Shown: piece after piece, positions 57,575 to 64,000 of the stretch
Numbering within the stretch: the first letter of the stretch is position 1
Layout of the letters: each line of letters begins with the position of its first letter
Source of the DNA: Dehalococcoidia bacterium
GTDB taxonomy: Bacteria; Chloroflexota; Dehalococcoidia; UBA2979
NCBI GenBank assembly: GCA_965219085.1
Contig: OZ244720.1
Coordinates: 3,241,962 to 3,305,961, forward strand
Length of the DNA: 64,000 nt
Direction of reading: 5' to 3'
The notes under the pieces: model-generated
The model's input: the letters and a program-made list of their open reading frames with translations, nothing else
Told to the model about the DNA's origin: nothing
Databases searched by the model: none
Program-made: the position numbers and the translations under genes

Positions 57575-60500
57575 CTACGACGCCTGCGGGAGATCGGCGA
57601 GCCGCAGCGAGAGCACGCGAGAGGTCGAGTCGTCGCCCATGGAGACCCCGTAGATCGCGTCGGCGGCCTCGATCGTCCCGCGGTTGTGCGTGATCACGAT
57701 GAACTGTGAGCGGTCGGCCAGCTCGCGCAGCGTCTGCACGAAGCGCCCGACGTTCGCATCGTCGAGCGCGGCGTCGACCTCGTCCAGGACGCACACCGGC
57801 GCCGGGTTCACCGAGAGCAGCGCGAAGAGCAGCGCCACCGAGGTCAGCGCGCGCTCGCCGCCGGACAGCATCGCGAGCGACGAGATGCGCTTACCGGGCG
57901 GTTGGGCGCGCACGTCGACGCCCGCGTCGCCGGGCTCGTCCGACTCGTCATCCGGCGCCGCCTCCACGAGCGTGAGTGCGGCCGATCCGCCGCCGAAGAA
58001 GCGCTCGAAGTACTCACTGAAGGCAGTGTTGACCAGCTCGAAGGTCTCGTCGAAGCGCTCGCGGATGCGGCGTTCGAGGTCCCCGATCGCTTGCCGCAGC
58101 TGCTGCTCGGCCGTCTCGAGGTCGGAGACCTGGGCGACCAGGAAGTCGTGCCGTTCGCGCTCCTCCGTCAGGTCCTCCATGGCCTCGAGGTTGACGGGGC
58201 CGAGCGCGCGGATGTCCCCGCGCAGCTCGGCGACGCGGCTGCGCAGCTGCTCCGGCGAGACATCGGCGCCGCCGCTCGGCGGCGGCGGAGCGCCGTTCGT
58301 GCGCTGCGCGAGGACGGCATCGGGAGCGCTGTCGGGTTCAGGATCGCGCGCCTCGGGCGCCGGCGAGCGGCGCACGGCCCCGAGGTCGTCGACGAGCATG
58401 CCGTCGTCGGCGAGCTGTTGCTGCAGGGTCTGCACGCGCGCGGCGCACTCGCGCAGAGCCGCCTCGGCCTCCAGCAGGTCGCGCTCGGCGGCGAAGAGGC
58501 GAGCCTGGGTGTCACCGCGCGTGGCGGTGAGCGTGCGCGCAGCGGCCTCGGCATCGGCGAGCGCGGCGTGTGCGGGGGCGACCGCGGCCTCGGCGGAGGC
58601 GCGCGTCGCCTCGGCGTTGACGCGCTGCTCGCTCAGGTTCTGCACCGCGAGCTCCAGGTCGTCGAGTTCATGCTGGATGGCCTGCGCCTGCTCGCGCCGC
58701 TCGACCAGGCGCTCACGCGCCAGCCGTCGTTCGGCCTCGGCGGCCTCGCGACGGGACGCCGCGGCCTCGCGTTCGCCGCGCGCCGTGGCCAGCGCGCTCG
58801 TCGCGACGGCAACGGCCTCAGCCGCCGCATCGCGTTCCTCGCCCACGGTCTCCGAGCGGTCTCGCAGCGCCCCGAGTTGCTCATCGATGCGTACGAGTGC
58901 GTCGCGCAGCGGCGCGTCGTCTTCGGCGGACTCGTCGCGCTCAGCCTCATCCGCCGCCAGTGCCGCGTGGATGAGGCGGAGTTCGCCACCAAGTGCGACC
59001 AGGCGGCCGCGCGGCAGTGACGCGGCACGCTCGTGGTCACGGAGCCGGATCTCGCCCTCCTCCGCGTCGCGGCGAGCCTTCCGCACCCCCTCGCGCATCT
59101 CCACCGCGGTGGCGTCGAGCCGCTCGATGCGGGCCGCGGCATCGACGACGGCTTGCTCTGCCGCCTCGATCTGCTCGGGCAGCGCCTCGGCCTCGTCCTG
59201 GAGCTCGAAGTGGTCCGCTGTCGCGCCGCGGGAGCCGCCGTAGATCGCGCCGCTGGCCCGCAGCAGGATCCCGTCGCGCGTCACGATTGAGCCGAGGCCG
59301 CGGTCGATGTGCCTGAGTGCGGTCTGGATGTTGTCGACGACGATCGTGCGGCCAAGCAGCGAGTCGACGAGCGGCCGGTACTCCTTCTCGGTACGCACGA
59401 GCCGGGCGGCGACGCCCACGACGCCGCGCTCGCTGAGCAGGTTGAGCGGGTACTGGTGCGATACGCCCTTGAGCGGCAGCAGCGTCGCAGCCCCCATCTC
59501 GCGCGCTCGCAGGTGCTCGACAGCCGCGAGGGCGTCCTCCTGCCGCTCGACGACCACGGCGCCGATCTGATCGGCAAGCGCCGCCTCGATCGCGCGCTCG
59601 AGCCCCGACGGGACGCGGATGACGCGCGTCAGCAGTCCGACCACGCCCTGTAGGGGCTCCTCGCCCTCCTCCGGCTCCTGGGCGGCGCGCAGGAGCTCGT
59701 TGCCCGCCGCGCCGCGTTCCGTGATGCGCGAGGAGAGCGCGGCGATGATGTCGCGGCGGGCGACGCGGCTGTCGCGTTCCGCAGCGCGTTCACGCAGGGT
59801 GTCGCGAGCCTCGGCCGCGGCCGTCAGCGCGTGCTCCAGGCGCTCCTCGGCGGCCATGCGGCGTCGCTGCAGTTCGCCCGAGGACTGCGTGAGGCGCTCG
59901 CCCTCGCGGCGCGCGCGGAGCGCTTCCCGGCCGTACTCCTCGACATCGGCGAGGAGTTCCATGCGGCGGGTTCCGGCGGCCTCGCGCTGGCGGGCGCGGG
60001 TGGCGCGTCGCGCGGCTTCCTGCTCGCGCCGCTGCTCCATGCCGGCCACGTCCACCTCGAGGCGCACCCGGCGGGTCTCGAGCGTGGTGAGCTCGCGCAG
60101 CGCCTCGCGCACGGTCTCGTCCGCGCTGCGCAGCGCGTCCCGCGCGGTCCCGAGCGCCGTCTCCATCTCCGCGACGCGGGCGTCGAGCGCGACCGCGGCC
60201 GGGCTCGCGTCATCGTCGTCGAGTGGCAGCGCCTCGAGGTCGGCGATGCTCACCGCGATCTCCGTGCTTCGCACGTCGAGCAGCTCGTGTCGCTGTTCGC
60301 TGAGTGCGAGCTGCTGGTTGAGCCCGAGCGCCTGTTCGGTGAGTTCGCGTTCGTGGCGCTGCGTGCGTTCGAGTTCGGCGCGGGCGGCCGTGACGGCCTG
60401 CTCGGCGGCGGCGATACGCGGCGCGAGCGCCCCGGAGGTGCGTTGCGCGGCGGCGAAAGCCTCGGTGCGCTGGTCGTGGCGGGCCTGCGCGGCCGTGTGC

Positions 60501-61219
60501 TCGTCGCGCGCGCGCCGCAGCTCGATCTCGTAGTAGGTCTCGAGCGCTGCGCCGAGCTCGGCCTCCAGCTCGCGGTAGCGCGCCGCCCGCTGGGACTGCC
60601 GTTCGAGTTGACGGAGCCGCGGCGCGAGCTCGCGGATGAGCACGCGTACGTGCCCGAGGTTGTCGCGCGTCTGCCCCAGCCGCCGCTCCGCGCGCGTCAG
60701 CTCGATGCGGTGCCGGTGGACATCGGCCGCCTCCTCGATGAGGCGACGGCGCTCGAGCGGCCGCAGGCCGAGCACCTCGTCGACGAGTCCCTGCGACATC
60801 ATCGCGTAGGAGTTCTGGCCGACCTGGGCGCGGCGGAACAGGTCCTGCACATCCATGAGCCGCACCTTCTGGCCGTTGATGCGGTATTCGCTCTCCCCTG
60901 TGCGGTACGTGCGACGGGTGACGGTCACCTCGTCGTAGTCGATGGACATCCAGTGTTCGGAGTTGTCGAGGGAGAGCGTGACCTCGGCCATGCCCTGCGG
61001 GTTGCGGGTGTCGGAGCCGGAGAAGATGAAGTCCTCGCTGCGGCGCGCGCGGATCGCGCGCGCGGACTGCTCGCCGAGCGCCCAGCGCAGCGCGTCGGAG
61101 ACGTTCGACTTGCCCGAGCCGTTGGGGCCGACGACGGTGGTGATGCCGGGGCCGAACTCGAAGACCTGGCGGTCCGCGAACGACTTGAACCCGTGCGCTT
61201 CGACGCGGCGCAGGTACAC
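57575..61219 (-). CDS. smc: Chromosome segregation protein SMC
   Basis: GFKSF, GPNGSGKSN, coiled coils and hinge, LSGGE, LDEVDAALD. Confidence 0.97.
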   Translation of the reverse strand: MYLRRVEAHGFKSFADRQVFEFGPGITTVVGPNGSGKSNVSDALRWALGEQSARAIRARRSEDFIFSGSDTRNPQGMAEVTLSLDNSEHWMSIDYDEVTVTRRTYRTGESEYRINGQKVRLMDVQDLFRRAQVGQNSYAMMSQGLVDEVLGLRPLERRRLIEEAADVHRHRIELTRAERRLGQTRDNLGHVRVLIRELAPRLRQLERQSQRAARYRELEAELGAALETYYEIELRRARDEHTAAQARHDQRTEAFAAAQRTSGALAPRIAAAEQAVTAARAELERTQRHERELTEQALGLNQQLALSEQRHELLDVRSTEIAVSIADLEALPLDDDDASPAAVALDARVAEMETALGTARDALRSADETVREALRELTTLETRRVRLEVDVAGMEQRREQEAARRATRARQREAAGTRRMELLADVEEYGREALRARREGERLTQSSGELQRRRMAAEERLEHALTAAAEARDTLRERAAERDSRVARRDIIAALSSRITERGAAGNELLRAAQEPEEGEEPLQGVVGLLTRVIRVPSGLERAIEAALADQIGAVVVERQEDALAAVEHLRAREMGAATLLPLKGVSHQYPLNLLSERGVVGVAARLVRTEKEYRPLVDSLLGRTIVVDNIQTALRHIDRGLGSIVTRDGILLRASGAIYGGSRGATADHFELQDEAEALPEQIEAAEQAVVDAAARIERLDATAVEMREGVRKARRDAEEGEIRLRDHERAASLPRGRLVALGGELRLIHAALAADEAERDESAEDDAPLRDALVRIDEQLGALRDRSETVGEERDAAAEAVAVATSALATARGEREAAASRREAAEAERRLARERLVERREQAQAIQHELDDLELAVQNLSEQRVNAEATRASAEAAVAPAHAALADAEAAARTLTATRGDTQARLFAAERDLLEAEAALRECAARVQTLQQQLADDGMLVDDLGAVRRSPAPEARDPEPDSAPDAVLAQRTNGAPPPPSGGADVSPEQLRSRVAELRGDIRALGPVNLEAMEDLTEERERHDFLVAQVSDLETAEQQLRQAIGDLERRIRERFDETFELVNTAFSEYFERFFGGGSAALTLVEAAPDDESDEPGDAGVDVRAQPPGKRISSLAMLSGGERALTSVALLFALLSVNPAPVCVLDEVDAALDDANVGRFVQTLRELADRSQFIVITHNRGTIEAADAIYGVSMGDDSTSRVLSLRLADLPQAS

Positions 61220-61221
61220 GG

Positions 61222-61977
61222 CTACTCCGCTCCGCTCGTCACGTCGACCGCCGGCGCTTCGGCATCGAGCCGCTCGCGGAGGCGGCGAACCGCCTCGCGT
61301 GCGGCCTGCTTCTCCGCCTGTTGCTTGCTCGCGCCGCAGCCGGTCCCGAAGACCTCGCCGTCGAGGCGCACCTCGACAGTGAACTCACGCTCGTGGTCGG
61401 GCCCACGCTCTTCGGTCGTCACGTACTGCGGGCGGCCGAGTGCGGTCTCGGCGAGTTGCTGGAGCGCGCCCTTGGGGTTGAGCTCGGCCGGATCCGTCTG
61501 CAGGCCCATGATCTCGGGCTCAAGTGAGCGCTCGATGAAGCGCCGCGCGCCGTCCATCCCGCCATCCGGGCCCGGGTCGAGGCGGATCGCGCCGACGAGC
61601 GACTCGTAGACGTGGGCGAGGTTGCCCTCGCGCTCACGCCCGCCGGTCGCGTCCTCGCCGCGGCCGAGCGAGAGCCACTGCCCGAGGCCGAGCCGGGCGG
61701 CGACGCGCGCCAGAGTCGGGCCCTGCACCAGATGGGCGCGCCACTGTGTCAGTTGGCCCTCCTCGATGTCGGGGAAGTCCGTATACAGTCGTTCCGCCAC
61801 CACGAGTCCCAGCACCGCGTCGCCCAGGAACTCCAGGCGCTCATTCGACCCTGGGGCGTCGCTGTGCTCGTTCGCGTACGAGGAGTGCGTCAGGGCGAGC
61901 CTCAGCAGCGATTCGTCCGCGAAACGCAGCCCAATCCGTTCTTGCAGATCGTCAAGCGAAACGGATGCGGGAAGCAC
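61222..61977 (-). CDS. rnc: Ribonuclease III
   Basis: ALTHSSY, NERLEFLGDAVLG, dsRBD NPKGALQQ...SKQQAEKQAA; start uncertain. Confidence 0.96.
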   Translation of the reverse strand: MLPASVSLDDLQERIGLRFADESLLRLALTHSSYANEHSDAPGSNERLEFLGDAVLGLVVAERLYTDFPDIEEGQLTQWRAHLVQGPTLARVAARLGLGQWLSLGRGEDATGGREREGNLAHVYESLVGAIRLDPGPDGGMDGARRFIERSLEPEIMGLQTDPAELNPKGALQQLAETALGRPQYVTTEERGPDHEREFTVEVRLDGEVFGTGCGASKQQAEKQAAREAVRRLRERLDAEAPAVDVTSGAE

Positions 61978-62068
61978 TCGATCCGCCCCCTGGGACGCTC
62001 CATCTACCGCCAACTCGTACGATGGCGTGCAGACAGGCGCCGAGCCCCCCGCAACACGCCGCCATCGT

Positions 62069-63355
62069 ATGGACGAAACACATCCGGCGTCAATAACCGA
62101 TAACGTGACTACACCCGCTACCCTCGACGCGCTCCTGTCCGCGGTGCCTCCAGCGGCGCGGGAACTCCTCGCCGCAGCCCGGGCGTCGGCCGACGATGCG
62201 GGCAGCGAACTGTGGATCGTTGGCGGCGCGCTGCGTGACTGTGCTGCGGGGCGACCGGTGCGCGACGTCGACCTCGCTATCGCGTCGCATGACCCGAGGG
62301 CTGCCGAGCGCCTCGCGCGGGTGGTCGTGGACCGATGTGGCGCGGGCGAGGTGAGTACGGAGCCGCGCTTCGGCGCCGCATCGGTGCGCGTCGAGACCAG
62401 TCGCATCGAGATCGCGACGCTGCGCACGGAGCGCTACGCGCGGCCCGGCGCGCTGCCTGAGGTGCGCTTCGGCGCGTCGATCGAGGCAGACCTCCAGCGG
62501 CGCGACTTCAGCGTGAACGCCGTCGCGCTCGCCGTCTGTGGGCCTCGACGCGGCGAGCTGCTGGACCCGCTCGGCGGCCTCGACGACCTCGCCGCACGGC
62601 GGCTGCGCGCGCTGCACGCGCGCTCGTTCGCCGACGACGCGACGCGGCTGTGGCGCGGGGCGCGCTACGCCGCGGCGCTCGATCTGCGGCCCGAGCCAGC
62701 GACGGCGCACTGGATCGCCGAGGGTGCTCGCTGGGTCACGCCAATCTCGGGCGCGCGGCTGTGGGCGGAGTTTGAGCGCACCGCCGCGCACCGCCGCGTG
62801 GCGCGCACTGTGGGGCTGCTCGAACGGTGGGGCGTGCTGCACGGCGTGGATGAGGGGTGGAGCACGCCCGATGCGGCGCGGCGCGCGCTGCGCCATCGAC
62901 CGGGGCCACACGCGCCCGAGTTGCTGCTGGCGGTGCTGCTCGCCGCCCTGCCTGCCCGCGACGCCATCGCGGCGCGCCTCACCGCGCCTCGCGCGGCACG
63001 TGCCTCCGTCGGCGACAGCGCGCGGCTGCTCGGCGTGTCCGAGACGACCCCGGAAGCCCTCGAAAGTGTCGAGGCTGTGGGGCGCGACGCGCGCATGGCG
63101 GCGGGCTGGCTCGATCCGGAGCGACAGGGCGCGCTGCAGCAAGCGCTGCGGCGCTGGGAGCGCACGCGCGCACCGCTCGACGCGCGCGAGTTGGAGCGGC
63201 TCGGCGTCCCCGCCGGCCCGGAGTTCGGTGCGTGGCTGCGGAGGTTGCGTCGCGAGCGCTATCTCGGCACTCTGGGCAGCGCCGCCGCCGCTCGGCGGCT
63301 CGTCCGCGCGGAACTCGCCCGCGAGGACGCGGACGGCGGTCGAGGATCACGATGA
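62069..63355 (+). CDS. CCA tRNA nucleotidyltransferase / polyA polymerase family protein
   Basis: VGGALRD, DVDLA, EIATLRTERY, DLQRRDFSVNA, SFADDATRLWRGARY. Confidence 0.9.
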   Translation: MDETHPASITDNVTTPATLDALLSAVPPAARELLAAARASADDAGSELWIVGGALRDCAAGRPVRDVDLAIASHDPRAAERLARVVVDRCGAGEVSTEPRFGAASVRVETSRIEIATLRTERYARPGALPEVRFGASIEADLQRRDFSVNAVALAVCGPRRGELLDPLGGLDDLAARRLRALHARSFADDATRLWRGARYAAALDLRPEPATAHWIAEGARWVTPISGARLWAEFERTAAHRRVARTVGLLERWGVLHGVDEGWSTPDAARRALRHRPGPHAPELLLAVLLAALPARDAIAARLTAPRAARASVGDSARLLGVSETTPEALESVEAVGRDARMAAGWLDPERQGALQQALRRWERTRAPLDARELERLGVPAGPEFGAWLRRLRRERYLGTLGSAAAARRLVRAELAREDADGGRGSR

Positions 63356-63591
63356 GCGAGCTCACGCGTTGCGCCGTGTGCGGCGAGCCGGGAACGCCCC
63401 CGGACCTCGCCGAGTGCGCCGACTGCGGGCAGTGGTTCCACCTCGTACTGGACGTGCGGCGCACCGATCCGGGCTGCGGGGCGGCGACGTTCGGCGGCAA
63501 CTGCGGCTTCAGCTTCGCCTGCAACCCGTGCATCGAGGTCGCCGAGGCCGGGGCAGCGGCAGGCGGGGCCTGGCGCTCGGCCGTGCGCTAG
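63352..63591 (+). CDS. Small Cys/His zinc-finger protein (PHD-like)
   Basis: ATGA overlap with the CCA gene; CAVC...CADCGQWFH...C...FACNPC. Confidence 0.75.
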   Translation: MSELTRCAVCGEPGTPPDLAECADCGQWFHLVLDVRRTDPGCGAATFGGNCGFSFACNPCIEVAEAGAAAGGAWRSAVR

Positions 63592-63611
63592 CGCCGCCGC
63601 GGAGGACACGC

Positions 63612-64000
63612 ATGGCCGACGACATGACGTGCGCCGTCTGCGGCGAGTCGGTGGACGATCCCGCCCTGCTGTCCGAATGCAGATCCTGCGGCGTCCCCTT
63701 CCACCTCAACCCGCGCGCCGACACCGAGGGCATCGACTGTGGGGACGTCTGGACCGGCGACGCCGAGGCGCCCGCGCTGCAGTTCTATTGCCGGCCGTGC
63801 ATCGACCGCTTGCAGGGGGTTTCGGTGGCGCAGGGCGTGCAGGCAGCTCCCACGCCGACGCCGCCCGGCATGCCGCCGCTCCCGCCCGGCGCGCCGCCCG
63901 GGATGCTGGCGGCGATGGCCGGGTGGGCGACGCCCACCGATCCCGCCGCCGATCAAGCACCCGAGGAGGCTGCCGCGGAGTCGCCCCCGTCGCTGCGTCC
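63612..64000 (+). CDS. PHD-like zinc-finger protein with Pro-rich tail (runs off window)
   Basis: Not in the ORF track. GGAGG RBS; MADDMTCAVC...CRSCGVPFH...DC...FYCRPC followed by PTPTPPGMPP. Confidence 0.75.
   Translation, partial: MADDMTCAVCGESVDDPALLSECRSCGVPFHLNPRADTEGIDCGDVWTGDAEAPALQFYCRPCIDRLQGVSVAQGVQAAPTPTPPGMPPLPPGAPPGMLAAMAGWATPTDPAADQAPEEAAAESPPSLR

Noticed and set aside
1-64000. tRNA, rRNA, CRISPR arrays, prophage or integron
   Set aside because: None recognised by eye; tRNAscan-SE and Infernal would be needed to exclude small RNAs formally.

Overview
High-GC bacterial chromosomal window. Gene content suggests Chloroflexota/Dehalococcoidia, possibly host- or sponge-associated (inference): six crotonase paralogs, an LLM oxidoreductase, three MFS transporters, a DUF2298/TIGR03663 GT-C cluster, and RCC1- and LRR-repeat proteins. 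The left half is catabolic/accessory with two VapBC-type toxin-antitoxin pairs. The right half is mostly housekeeping: mutSL, an orphan nuoEF-like pair, a glycosylation cluster, rnc-smc-ftsY and a CCA-adding enzyme. The highlight is a nested mobile-element stack at 32.5-38.0 kb. An IS5-family element (CTAG target duplication) has its transposase gene interrupted at two conserved motifs by two unrelated IS110-family RNA-guided recombinase elements, and an IS481 sits on its right junction. The non-coding ends of both IS110 elements contain bridge/seek-RNA-like guide loops that match the exact IS5 target junctions and their own circle junctions around a CT/AG core. Removing both elements restores an in-frame 358-aa IS5 transposase. 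Other points of interest are a LuxR-HTH/TM/RCC1 fusion, tandem PHD-finger-like proteins, a zinc-ribbon PIN toxin, an Fe-S-depleted NuoF/HydB-like subunit and three single-base frameshifts. All calls are from reading the sequence by eye; no searches were run.
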